This document shows, piece after piece, positions 52,238-64,000 of a stretch of DNA of 64,000 bases (position 1 is the first letter of the stretch; each line of letters opens with the position of its first letter). The position numbers were made by a program, and so were the translations under genes. Source of the stretch: Spirogloea muscicola (taxonomy: Eukaryota); assembly GCA_009602725.1 (NCBI GenBank), contig WELB01000026.1, forward strand, positions 73,134 through 137,133, in the 5' to 3' direction. Under the pieces are notes generated by a model, which saw only the letters and a program-made list of their open reading frames with translations, was not told the DNA's origin and ran no database searches.

Positions 52238-52419
52238 TGTGGTAGGCGCCACGGCTGGCGCGCAGTGGCGAGGGGGCCGGCGGTGGACGCCATGCCGGAC
52301 GGCGGAGGGACCCGAGGCCAGCGGCAGTCGACATCTTTGGCTGTCTGGGTCCTCGTTTCCACACGTTCGATGCCCGCCGACGTAGTCGGGCGAGTAGCTT
52401 AGGAAAAAGTTCGGACATT

Positions 52420-55400
52420 CTAGCGTCCCGCAAGCCATCGTTGCATGCTAAAGAATGCGGCTATCATTAAGTCTACAGCGCTCCCAGGCACTCGCGATAC
52501 ACCAGCGTGCTGGTCGTGCATTATCCCAGGCTGATGGCTTCCGTGGTGGTGGTTTGGCTCCTCAGTACAGCTTGTCAGATATGAATGTGCTCACTTGGGG
52601 ATATTTAGTGTCCCCCTTAGCCAGCTCATTACTCAGTCAAAGGACATTCATAAGACCAGAATTGGCCTCCCTTCAATTTCACGCGGACCGCGCTCCTTGC
52701 CAATCTAGGCTACACGCGACGTGCAGATGTGTTTCCGGCTGAGATGGGCTTGCCAGCTGCAAATCTGTCGTTCTTGCGACGACGTTTCGGCCTGTTTGCA
52801 GCATGCTCAGGCTAATGCTTTGCACCAGAAAGCTGGGCGAGCTCTAGTTGGTCGTCGGGCCGAGCGATCAAACGAGTGGGGGATAGTTTTCCGGCAGCTA
52901 GTCTGTCGGATGTGAGGCTCCTCGCTCGTAACTACTGAGTGGTCCATCCTCCCCCGTTCTGCCATAGCCTCTTCAGGCCCTGCAGTCGCTGCTTAGCTCG
53001 TAGTGTGGCCCCTTGTCAATTCTTTTCGGGCTGGCTTCTCACAGCCCTCGCCCCCATTGGGAGAGCCACTTCTTCTAGTTGGTGGCAGTGGGCTTCGTTT
53101 CTGACATCTAGTATCCAGGCATCGATTAGTGACCTTTATGTTTTGTGCTCATTAACCCGTGGTTAATGAGCAAGCAATCTGCTGTAGATTTTGTAGGTCT
53201 TTAGATGTGCTTGCCTGTGTACTCGGCCATTTGGCCTTCGTTTGTTTCAAAAACACGAAATTGCGTGAGGGATGTGAGAACGTGTTTGGAAAGTGATGGA
53301 GGGCCAAAATGATTGCACTTCCAGGGTGTCCAATCAGAAGTAGTCCAATCTGCATTTGTTGAGTGGAGCTGCTTGATCATGCATCTGTAAGTCACAGAGA
53401 GATTACGATCTGGCCGCGCTTGCTTAATGAGTAGATTTGTAGTTTGCGCCTTCCGGCCCATTCATGCCTTCTGGGCTGGCCTCACAGCCATCGCTTTGCC
53501 ATCACAGCACGGACTTTGGACCAGCTGTTTCCTTTTCCAATCGTGTATTTTCCCCCATTCGATGCCCGAGGGTGTGGAAGTCCGGGAAAGCGCGCCAGCT
53601 GCCCGGTTCCAGCGGGGTCGCCCGTCATGGACCCGGCCTACAACTAACTTCTCCCGTTCTGACATAGCATCTTCAGGCCCCTTCGTAGCTGCTAAGCGCT
53701 TTTTAAACGCTTGTCCGTCTCCCTCCAGCGGTCCATGGCGCACGCCTTGCATCTGCGTGCTGGCCGTGCTCTCGCTGCGGCCTCCGGCTTTCGTCAGGGG
53801 GATGGTTTACCGGCAGCTAGTCTGTCGGATGTGAGGCTCCTTACTCGTAACTACTAAGCGGTCCATCCTCCCCCTTTCTGCCATAGCCTCTTCAGGCCCC
53901 GCAGTCGCTGCTTAGCTCGTAGTTTGGCCCCTTCGAACCTTGTCAATTCTTTTCGGGCTGGCTTCTCACAGCCCTTGCCCCCATTGGGAGAGCCACTTCT
54001 TCCTCTTTTTAAAGGCCCCTCCGTCATTTGGCCCTTTCGAACCTATGTCAATTCTTTTCGGGCTGGCTTTTCACAGTCCTTGCCCCCATCGGGAAGTGCC
54101 AGAAGCCCTTTCTTCTTTTTCTAACTTCCGGCAGAGCCCTCGCTGCTGCCTCTGGCTCTGGCCAGGGGAAGAAAGGGCTCGCCCATCGAGGGTAGGGGCT
54201 GGAAAAGCCAGCCCTAAAATAGAAGCCAGAGGTCCTGCCTCTGGCTCTGGCCAGGGGACCCGCTTCCAGGAGCCCAGCTTCTTTGACCTAAGGCTGCTTA
54301 GCAGGGGTTACTGAGTGCTTCGTAGCTGCCTTGTTTCTTCTTGTGCTTGTTTCTCTTAGCGCTTCCCTGGCCCCCTACTCATACTTTTTTCGTCCTTTTT
54401 GGGCTGGCTTTTCCAACCCCTATCCTCAATGGGCGAGCCCTTCCTCTGACTTCTATGAACAGCCAGCCCGAACAGCGCTGCCAAATAGAAAAAAGAAGTG
54501 GCTCTCCCAATGCCAGCCCCTCTTCTCTCGAGCACTTTCTTTCTCCCAATGGGGGCAAGGGCTGTGAAAAGCCAGCCCGAAAATAATTGACACAGGGTCC
54601 AAGGGGCCACAATGACGGAGGGGCCTGACAATGCTATGTCAGAACGGGTGGAGAATGGACCACTCAGTGCCAAATTGACTGGTGGCTGTGACAGAAAGAA
54701 GAAGTGCGCGCCCATAGAGAAGAAGAAGTGGGTCTCCCAATGGGGGCAAGGGCTGTGAGAAGCCAGCCCCAAAAAGAATTGACAAGGTTCGAAGGGGCCA
54801 AACTACGAGCTAAGCAGCGACTGCGGGGCCTGAAGAGGCTATGGCAGAACGGGGGAGGATGGACCACTCAGTAGTTAGGAGTAAGGAGCCTCACATCCGA
54901 CAGACTAGCTGCCGGAAAACCATCCCCCTGACGAAAGCCGGAGGCCGCAGCGAGAGCACGGCCAGCACGCAGAGATGCAAGGCGTGGGCCATGGACCGCT
55001 GGAAGAAGAAGTGGCTCTCCCAATGGGGGCAAGGGCTGTGAGAAGAAGTGGCTCTCCCAATGGGGGCAAGGGCTGTGAGAAGCCAGCCCGAAAAGAATTG
55101 ACAAGGTTCGAAGGGGCCAAACTACGAGCTAAGCAGCGGCTGCGGGGCCTGAAGAGGCTATGGCAGAACGGGGGAAGAGGGGCTGGCAAAGCCAGCCCAA
55201 AAAAAAATGGACAATGTCCAAAGCCAAAGAAAGAGGAGCCGGAAAAAGAAGAAGTGGCTCTCCCAATGGGGGCAAGGGCTGTGAGAAGCCAGCCCGAAAA
55301 GAATTGACAAGGTTCGAAGGGGCCAAACTACGAGCTAAGCAGCGACAAAGGAAAATGCGGAAAAAGCGGAAAAAGGACTACACTACAAAACACTGCGAAA

Positions 55401-58400
55401 CAAATAGACGATGCAGAGGGAAGCTCAGTACCCACCGAAGGGGAGTTGGTGGATGGGGTGTGCCCTCCCCGGAAGTAGTGCAATACTGGGGCGACGCTGG
55501 CGGGCCCGAGCAGCAAGCTGCCTCTGTGGGTCCCGCCCCCCCGCATATCATTATATCATAAAACATTAGAAAAATCAAAACAATATATGTAAAATACAAA
55601 ATATAAAATTTAATTTTTAAAAACTAAAAAATTAAAGATATTTACTATCATGTGACCTGATGGGTCATGAATAAGATATTATACTGATAAGAACAGGTAC
55701 TACACTTGATCTTAGCCAAAAGGCCGAAAGGCTGTGACAGGCCAGCTACCGCGCTCAGCCGTGACGAACCAAGCGCGAGTTGCAGAAGCAGAGGCAGGGC
55801 AGGTACCTGACGAGAGGCGCGCGTTGCGCATGAAGGAATATCGTGTATTTGAAACAAACGAAGGCCAAATGGCCAAGTACAAAGGCAAGCACATCTTAAG
55901 ACCTACATAAGCTACAGTAGATTGACCCGCTCATGCACGTTGCGCATGGAGCCCCCTTGCTGCCCTCTTAGCACTTAGTACCTGGTTTTTTGCGCCATCC
56001 GGCTCCTTCAGACCTTGTCCATTCCTTTGGGCTATCCTCGTACAGCCACCTAAACCCTCTTTTTCTGTCGGCGAGCAATTTCTTACAGCCACTGGTCAAT
56101 TTGGACGCGCTCTTGAGCATGGAACAGAAAGAATATGGCGACGGCTATTAGTAGAAAGAGAGAAGTGGCTATCCCAACGGGGGCAAGGGCTGTGAGAAAG
56201 TGCGCTCCCATAGAGAAAAGGTGCTGGCAGAGGCCAGCCCGAAAAGAATGGACAAAAAAGCAAAGAGCCAAAAAGGTGCCTACAAGGAAAAGACACAGCT
56301 AGACACAAGACGACGCATCGGGAAACTCAGTAACCCCTGCTAAGCAGCCGCAGGTCGAGAAGCTGGGCTCCTGGAAGCGGGTTCCCAGGCCAAAGCCAGA
56401 GGCCGCAGCGAGGGCACGACCGGCACGCAAATGCAACGCAAAAGCCATAGACCTTTGCAGCGAGACGGACAGGCGCATTCGATACACTTGTGCGAGCGAG
56501 CCTGCAACATGGAAGAGAAGTGGCACTCCCAATTGGGGCAAGGGCTGTGAAAAGCCAGCCCGAAAAGAATTGACAAAGTTTCGAAGGGGCCAAATGACGG
56601 GGCCTAAAAAGCGTTAAGCAGCTACGAAGGGGCCTGAAGATGCTATATGCAACATGGAAGCCCACCGGCTCCCCATGGTAGCGGCGGGAGAGGGCGTGGC
56701 GCACGAGCTGGTTGAGCAGCTCGAGCCACCGAGCACCCACCCTCCGAGAAGACAGCCCGAAAAGTAATTGACAAGGTTCGAATGGGCCAAATTACGAAGG
56801 GGCCAGAAGCGCAATTGCAAAACTGGGGTAGGCTGATTCACTCAATGGCAACGAGTGAAGAGCCTCAAATCCGACAGACTAGCTAGCGGAGAACACTCCC
56901 CCTGACGAAAGCCAGAGGCAGCAGCGAGAGCACGGCCAGCATGCAGGTGCAAAGCGTGGGCCATGGACTGCTCAAGGGATATAGATTCGCATGCAGTGTA
57001 CCTGAGCCAACGAGCCAGCGGCAGAAGGAAAGAAGAGAGAGAGAAGGCGCGCGGTGCGAATTGGAAGGGAGGCCATTCAAGCCAATACATTGTTCAGGCA
57101 CGAATTTTTGCAAAAAATGAGGCCGCATGAAGCGAAGCCCTGTGCTGAGGTGGCTAAGGTAACAGTGTGACGTTAGTACCCACCTGAGCACATGCAAAGC
57201 CGACAAGCTGACTCAGGGAGCCCGAGCGCCGACATGGAAGCCGGTGGCCAGACTTGGAGCTCGCGCAGCTCGCTGATGAATAGCCAGAGCTTGCGAGCGC
57301 TGCAAGAAGCGAAAGCCGCATTCTGTAACATGCTACTAATGCCTGCGGAATGCAAGTGTGCCTCAAGAAAGGCCATTCCAGTGAAGGGCGATGGCTGTGA
57401 TTGGCCAGCCCAGTAAAAAGAACTGAGTAGTATTTGAAAGGGCCAGAATTTCATTAAAGCACAGCGACTCGAGTGGCCACTGGGTGCTCAACACCCCCTC
57501 TTGAGAAGCCGCAGGTCAGACAAACTAGTCACCCGGTAGCGGTCCCCTGTCTGTAGCCAGAGGCTGCAGCCAAAAATTGGAGGCCAAGCCTAGCCAATAA
57601 ACAGCCTAGGCAACAGAAGGCAACTAAAGAACAGCAAAGCTTCAAAATACTGGGCGATGACAGTGAAAGGCCAGCCCAAGCAAGGAAGCTCTCCTACAGA
57701 GAGAAAAGCCCTCTCGGAAAGAAAGAGAGAAAGGTCGCAGATGCTGCCCCGGCCAAATAAGCAAGCATGCCAACCATCTGGTGGTGGATGACAACGCCCC
57801 ACTTGCGGTAGACGTCCATGGGGCAGTGGCTGTTGAAGTCCAGCCCAAATATTTTAGAAAGGTCCACAGGAGCCGTAACCACCTAGGAAGCAAGTGACCA
57901 CTACGGATGGCCGCTCAACAACCGACTAGCCAGAAGCCACAGCCGAGAAAGCCAGCAGCCACAAGCTATCTCCCCGCTCATAGGTGGAAGTGGCAGGCAG
58001 GGGCCGCGGCCAGCACGCAGAAGCAAAACGTAAGCCAGGGAATGCCGTGGAGATGTGGCAGTCGCACGCGGAACAGGAAGGCCTGACAGCCATGGCGTTG
58101 CAGTCTGGCTGCTCTTCTTGCTACTATAGATCACCGCTCGTAGCAAACACGGGTGCAGAAGGCAAAGCTACCGAGCCTTCAACGCCCCGTTGACGTGCAT
58201 GGCAAACACGTACGGTCATTATCCACCATGTGATTGGCATTCTTCAGTTGCTTGGCTGGGGCAGCATCAACGACCTCGTGCCCTGCCTTCGACGTTCGGG
58301 GGGCTAAGTCGGTGTATTTAAAAGCTCCGTGCTAATCAATCAACGGTAACGCTGGAATCCCTGCAAGGCGTGCTGACCGTCACCTTGGCAGGCCTTGTAT

Positions 58401-59490
58401 GGGGACTGTCGGCCCGGACCTGGATGGGCATCACTATTCATCTCTCTATGTGCTGTATATCATGTACTGCATTTGATCCCGTGCCTTCAGGAGGATGGCA
58501 AAGAACACAGCTTCTGAGGAAATCATAGGCAGCCGTCAATCCCATTGAACATGTACAGCGGAGTCCCTCTGCCGCCAGCTCCGTAAAAGCCATGCTCCGC
58601 TTTCCACTCTCGCTCTGCGACACACCAGGGGGAGATGGTGGAGCAAGGCCAAGGAGGTGGTGGCTGCCCGGATAGAAGAAGGCCTTGGCCCCTTTGAACC
58701 TTTGTCATTTCTATTCGGGCTGGCTTTTCACAGCCCTTGCCCCCGTTGGGAGAGCCACTTCTTCTCAAAAGAGGTGAGTGCTGTATAAGAAGGTAAGCAT
58801 ATCCATAGGGGGCGAGGACTGTGAAAAGCCAGCCCGGAAAGGAGAAGGTCTGAAGGGGCCGAACAGCGCTGAAAGCAAGTACTGAAGGATGATCGTACAG
58901 TAACCACTAGATAGCAACCGCAAGACAGAAAGAAGAAGTGGCTCTCCCAACGCGGGCAAGGGCTGTGGAAAGCCAGCCCGAAAAGAACAAAGGTTCGAAG
59001 GGGCCAAATGACGTAGGGGTCTAAAGCGCTAAGCAGCTAGGAAGGGGCCTGAAGATGCTACGAAGGGGCTGGAGAAGACAGAAAGTCGCGAATAGGAAAG
59101 AAGTTGGATCTTCCAAGGGCCCCTTTTCTGGCCCCTACGAAATTGTTCATTCCTTCTTCCTGGGCTGGTCAAATGCAGCCATCGGCCTCTACTGGAAGAC
59201 TCATATCCAAATGGGGCGGAGGCTGTAAATGAAAGGAAATTTTTTTTCTGGCCCCTTCTGGCCAGAAAACCCCACGCTCCGCTAAGGGGAATAACGTGTA
59301 TTGAAACAAACGAAGGCTGAGGGGGGCGCCCCTCCGTCATTGTGGCTTAGGCCCCTCCGTCATTTGGCCCCTTCGAACCTTCGTCAATTCTTTTCGGGCT
59401 GGCTTCTCACAGCCCTTGCCCCCATTGGGAGAGCCACTTCTTCTTCTTCTTTCTTCTGGCCAGAAAAGCGTTCAAGCAACCAGCTGTGAA
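52420..59490. mobile_element. Cluster of 5'-truncated CRE-like LINE 3' ends in both orientations
   Basis: At least 15 copies of TTCGAACC...GGGCTGGCTTCTCACAGCCCTTGCCCCCATTGGGAGAGCCACTTC(TTC)n, often preceded by ORF-end peptides (RMRLSxSLQRS...SDxRLLxRxY*). Confidence 0.75.
55455..55735 (-). ncRNA. U2: U2 snRNA copy (probable pseudogene/variant) with an 81-nt AT-rich insertion
   Basis: TCGGCCTTTTGGCTAAGATCAAGTGTAGTACCTGTTCTTATCAG; Sm site AATTTTTT; stem III with GCTTGC; stem-loop IV loop ATTGCACT. Confidence 0.88.
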
Positions 59491-60090
59491 TGAGTGAAGT
59501 GGCTCTCTCAATGGGGGCAAGGGCCGTGAGAAGCCAGCCCAAAAAGAAATGACAAGGTTCGAAGGGGCCAGACTACGAAGGGGCCAGAAGCACTACTCAA
59601 AACTGGGGTAGGATGAAGGAGGAGCGAACTCTCAGTAACCTCTCGTCAGTAGATGCAAATCTGAATAGCTATCAGGCGGAAAGACGTCGCCCTGACGGAA
59701 GCCGGAGGCCGCCGCCAGAGCGCGGCCTGCGCGCAAGTGGACCGCAAAAGCTAGGGACCGCTGCAAAGAGACGGCCAGGCGCATCCGGAAAACTTGGGCG
59801 AGGGACCCGGCGACATGGAAGCCAGGCTGCTCGCCCTGCTACCCGTGGCGGCGGGCCGCTGCCCGCCGCGCAAGGCGGTGAAGTAGGTCAAGCTATTTGG
59901 CGCCATAAGGCGCCGTGTACGTCGACGGCGAGTGGGACAAACTCGTCGCCTACCGGGCGATCCGAGTACTTGCGATCCTTTGCGTCGGCCGCTTGGCGGA
60001 CGGCGTAGCCCGCCTCCTCCGCCGAGCGTGTAGCACTCCTGGAATCCAAGGAGTCCGTTGTGACGACGTCGGCAATGAGCCGAGGCCCCT
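59490..60090 (-). mobile_element. CRE-like LINE 3' part: RLE domain, stop (59632-59634) and 3' UTR unit
   Basis: GPRLIADVVTTD...AADAKDRKY...EFVPLAVDVHG...RMRLAVSLQRS...DLHLLTRGY*. Confidence 0.8.
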
Positions 60091-60136
60091 CCTAAACCCC
60101 GGGCCGCCGCCGGCGCCTTCGCCGGCGGCGCCCGCC

Positions 60137-63100
60137 ATGGGGTCCGCGGCGGCGTGCAAGCCCCCTCCCTACTCAGCCCCCGCGCCGGCTCCCGTGGCCA
60201 CCGTCACTCCCGCCGCTGCCGCGCCGCCTGCCGTCGCCCCACCCGCGCGTTCTCGGCGCCGCCTTCGGAGCCGGAGCCCCGAACTTCCCCCGGCCAAGTT
60301 CGCTTGGGCGCAGCGGTTCCTCGCCTTCTCCGCTTTCCATGCCGCCACCACGCCCCCTCCGCCGCCGCCCCCTCCGCCTTTCCCCCTCCCCGCACCATCG
60401 CCCCCACCTGCGCCCCCCCCATCTCTCCCGCTGCCGTCTTCCCCGCCTGTGGCATCCGCGCGCGTGCTGTGCCCAACTTGTCCGCGGGATTTTGCTACTC
60501 CCCGCGGTATCTCCTCGCACCGGAGACACTGCAAGGGGTATCCCAGCCCCGCTGGCTCGACGCCCGATGCGGCCGCCGCAGCCTGCACCCCCAATGCCAC
60601 TGTCTTGGCAGCCGCACTTCAGGAACAGATCCCGGAGGAGCATATCTCGCCTCCCGCCCCAGGGCCGCCGTCACCACCGCCGTCGCCGCCGCCGCCGCCA
60701 TCTCCGCCGCCGCCGTCGCCGCCGCCGCCGCCACAGAGTCCACCTTCGCCGTGCCAGCCAGCCGATGCGGTCGTCGCGGCTGGCGGCCCCTTCGCCATGA
60801 TCCTGGCAGCCTCACCTCAGGAGCAGACCATGGAGGAGCATGTATCGCCTCCCGCCCGTGAGAAGCAACGGGCACCTGCTTTATCGACTCAGCCCTCGAG
60901 ATGTGAAGGGCCCCCAGAGGTGAACCCGGTCTCTCCGCAGGGTGCCTTGTCCCCTGGGCGTGATGCTGCCCCTGATATCCCCGTGAGTGAGCCTTCCGTG
61001 GCAGCAGGGCCGCCGTCCCCACCGCCGTCGCTGCCGCATCTGCCGCTGTCTCCACCGTCGCCGACGTCGCCACCACCGCCACCCCAGCATCCTCCTCCGC
61101 TGAGCCAGCCACCTGCCTCGTCCTCGCCGCCGCTTCCCGGGTCTGCGCTTCTGCCTTCCCAGCCACCCACCATCCCGCCTCTCGAGCCGCCCTGCCCCCC
61201 ACCGTTGCCGCCCCCGACGCCGCCCTCGCCACCGCCGCCTCCGCCTCCACCGCACGCACCAACTCCACCACCCTCGCCCCCACCTCGCTCGCTCGACCCC
61301 CTGCTGTGCCAGCACTGCCAGACGACCTTCACCACGCGGTCAGGCCGGGCCAACCACGAGCGCGCCTGCGCGCTCAACAACAACCGTGCGGCACAGGCGC
61401 GGAGCGCAGCGGCTGCGGGCGGCCGCCGGGGCAGACCAGGCAGGCCTGTCCCTCCCGCGCCAACCCCTCCCACGCCTCAACACTGGCAGTGGCTGGCCGG
61501 CCTCGACCTCGCTGCCATCCACCGCCAGGCGGCCCTCCCGCTCCTCCGCCATGTGCCCCGCGGGGTGCGCCCGCACATTCGCCGCGCGCTCCGCCCGGCG
61601 ATGCAGCGGATTGCCAGGGACCACGGGGACGAGGCGGCTTGGAAGCAATTTCTCCTCTTCCCCCGGCTACTGCTCGGTCGGGCCCCCCACGACAGCCGCT
61701 GGCAGGGCCAGCAGCCCCTTCTGGAGCGCGTCCGATTGTTCGAGAGCGGCCACTGGGAGGAGCTTCTCGCACGCCATGACGCAGCGGTGGCGGCCTCGGC
61801 GGCGAACCGAGGTGATGCGCGGGCCGCACCAGACAGGGCCGCCAATGCTCGCCGGGCTCTGCGTTTCGGTCGCGCGGGCGAGTTGTCAAGGGCGGTCCAG
61901 GCCCTGGACGATGCGGTGCTGGCGCCCACCAATGCTGCCACAAGAGCGGCCCTGGAGTCCCTGCACCCTGCGGCTCGCCACCCCCTGCCCCCGTGGCTGG
62001 CCACCTTCGCACCGCCGGAGGAGGTGGTCCTCGAAGCCGACGCCCTGCGGAGGGCCCTGCAGAGCAGCCGCCGCGTGGCCGCGGGCGGTCCTTCCCACAT
62101 GCTCACCGAGCATCTCCGGGAGATCTTCCTGGAGGGCGACCCGGCCAACTTCCAGGCGCTCCACCAGGTGTGCCAGCTTCTCGCTCGCGACCAGGTCCCG
62201 GCCAGCGTTCGCGGCGTCCTGTGCACCAGTACATTGCTGGCGCTCAGCAAGGCCGGTGGGGGAGTCAGGCCCATCGCCATCGGTGAGGTGCTCTACCGCC
62301 TGGTGGGGCGCGCGCTTTGGCGACAGCACGCAGGGCAGGCCCAGGCACACCTGGCGCCCCAACAGTTTGGTGCGGGGCTGCGGAGCGGCGGTGAGACGGT
62401 CGTGCACGGCGTACGGGCCGCCCTGGACCTGCATCCCGAGTGGGTTGCCATGGCGGTCGACGTCCGCAACGCCTTCAACAGCGTTGATCGTGGTGTCATC
62501 GCGGAGGAGCTGAGAGAGGCCTTCCCCAGCCTTCTACCCTTCTTCAGGCTGGGGTACGGTCAGCCATGCGAGCTGCAGTGGCGGGCGGGGGGTGATGCGC
62601 TGGAGACCCTCCACTCCACCAGGGGCGCGCGCCAAGGGGATCCACTGTCGGGGTTCTACTATGCGTTGGCCCATCACCGTGCGCTCCAGGCAACGGTCGC
62701 GGTTCACCCCGGCGTCCTCGTGCCGACATACGCTGATGACACCACGCTGGTGGGGAAGCCAGAGGAGGTCACAGCTGCCTTTGACACCCTCCAAGTGCAG
62801 CTGAACGCGATCGGCCTGGATATTCGGGCGGACAAAGTGTAGCGCCTGGTCCCCTGAGGGCCTGCCAGCCCACCTGCGCCTGCCCGAGGGTTGCCAGACA
62901 CCAGCCGGGGGCCTCACCCTCCTCGGCGTCCCCCTAGGCGCACCTGCCTTCGTGACAGAGCAGCTGCAGGCGCGGCTGCAGGAGCACCTCCGGCCAGCGG
63001 ACCGTCTCCACATGCTCCACGACATGCAGCTGGCGACTGCGATGTTGACACGGTGCATTGCGCAGCGGCCACAATATCTGGCCGGCACCATCCCCCCCTC

Positions 63101-63945
63101 GTCGGCGGTGAAGGCAGCGTATGCGGCCTTTGACTCCGGCATCCTGGCGTCCGCGGCCACCCTGGTGCAGCACCCCGCGTTCCTCACCACACCAGCTGCG
63201 CTGCTGCAGGTTAGCCTGCCGATCAGCCGGGGCGGCATGGGATGCCGCTCAGTTGCCCGCGGCTGCGAGGCGGCCTACATGGGTAGCTGGGCTCAGGTGG
63301 CAGCCCCAATGTGCCAGAGGTTCCTCGTGCACGGCCAGCGCCTCCTGGAGCGGGTGGCAGCTGAGGTGGAGATCGGTCAGCTGCCTTTTCAGGTTGCCCT
63401 CCGCTCTGCCCGCGACGGGCTCCTGGCGGTCCACCCCCACATATCGGAACAGGCCGTTCCTTTCATCCACCTCGCCCACACCCCAGACCAGCGTGCCCAG
63501 GCACGCTTCTCGGCGCTGGTTGAACAAGCGGCCTCCGACCAGGTGGTGGAGCTTCTCCCTTCGGCTGACCTATGAGGGCGCGCCCGGCTGCTCTCAGCCT
63601 CCTCCCCTGGGGCGGCGGCGTGGCTATCAGCGCTTCCACTCCACGCGGCGCCCACTATGCCCAATGAGGTCTTCCGGACGGCGGTCCACAGGCTCTTGGG
63701 CCTCCTCCCCCCCTGCCTCGTGGGCGTCACTCAATGCGAGTACGGTGCCCGACACGTTGATCCCGCGGAGCTGGCCGCCCACATGCTCCGTGGCGCCCAC
63801 GGGGGCGAGCGGACCGCTTCCCACGACCTCCTGCGCGACGGTATGCAGGGGGTGTTTTCGGAGGCGGGCTTCAAGGTCGCGGTGGAGAACTCCTCAATCA
63901 TGCCCATCAAGCTGGGCGCGGACGGCCAGCCCCATACGCAGCTGG
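60137..63945 (+). mobile_element. CRE-like non-LTR retrotransposon ORF: Pro-rich N-terminus with two C2HC zinc fingers, RT, start of RLE region; frameshift near 62835 and stop at 63573
   Basis: CPTC...HRRHC and CQHC...HERAC; GGVRPIAIGE, QQFGAG, DVRNAFNS, GARQGDPLS, YADD, LLGVPLG, GGMG, AAWLSALP, SHDLLRD; no APE domain; ATG in CCGCCATGG context. Confidence 0.88.
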
Positions 63946-63949
63946 CGTA

Positions 63950-64000
63950 TGGCAGCTGAGGTGGAGATCGGTCAGCTGCCTTTTCAGGTTGCCCTCCGCT
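63950..64000 (+). repeat. Exact duplicate of 63355-63405 at the window end
   Basis: TGGCAGCTGAGGTGGAGATCGG...CCTCCGCT occurs twice. Confidence 0.9.

Noticed and set aside
55545..55625. Spliceosomal intron in U2 snRNA
   Set aside because: A CTAAT is present, but there is no convincing GT donor consensus or terminal AG at the boundaries.
57485..57515. Copia-type PPT and LTR start (GAGGGGGTGTTGAG)
   Set aside because: It is the end of another LINE ORF fragment (DLRLLKRGC*).
52900..59600. Repeat unit as a CRISPR array or tRNA-derived SINE (GGTTCGAA B-box-like motif)
   Set aside because: Irregular spacing, both orientations and no cas genes. The unit follows LINE ORF stop codons in the sense opposite to the B-box-like motif, so it is best read as a LINE 3' UTR.
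59915..60136. N-terminus of the 975-aa ORF in the ORF track
   Set aside because: Most of this stretch is the antisense of an RLE-coding fragment; the ATG at 60137 is the better start.
60137..61300. Extensin/hydroxyproline-rich cell-wall gene
   Set aside because: The Pro-rich tract is in frame with zinc fingers and RT and has no signal peptide.

Overview
GC-rich eukaryotic DNA with spliceosomal introns. The gene content suggests a green plant lineage, most plausibly a streptophyte alga (inference). 0-10 kb holds three intron-containing host genes: a BSD-domain protein, a HAD/CbbY-like hydrolase cut by an assembly gap, and an AAF/OSA15-like senescence-associated protein. 11-48 kb is a nest of decayed Ty3/Gypsy elements, mostly chromoviruses, with three LTR families (here called A, B and C). 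The most notable element (about 20.1-27.1 kb, minus strand) has a pol with a C5 cytosine DNA methyltransferase domain upstream of RT-RNaseH-integrase and a PHD finger at the integrase C-terminus. This copy is inactivated by stops, frameshifts and two solo-LTR insertions. An isolated alpha/beta-hydrolase gene with substituted catalytic residues lies at 50-52 kb. 52-64 kb is a stack of 5'-truncated 3' ends of a CRE-like restriction-like-endonuclease LINE, surrounding a full-length U2 snRNA copy with an 81-nt AT-rich insertion at the Sm site. The window ends in a near-complete LINE ORF whose 3' part lies inverted next to its 5' end. Family assignments come from recalled motifs, not database searches.
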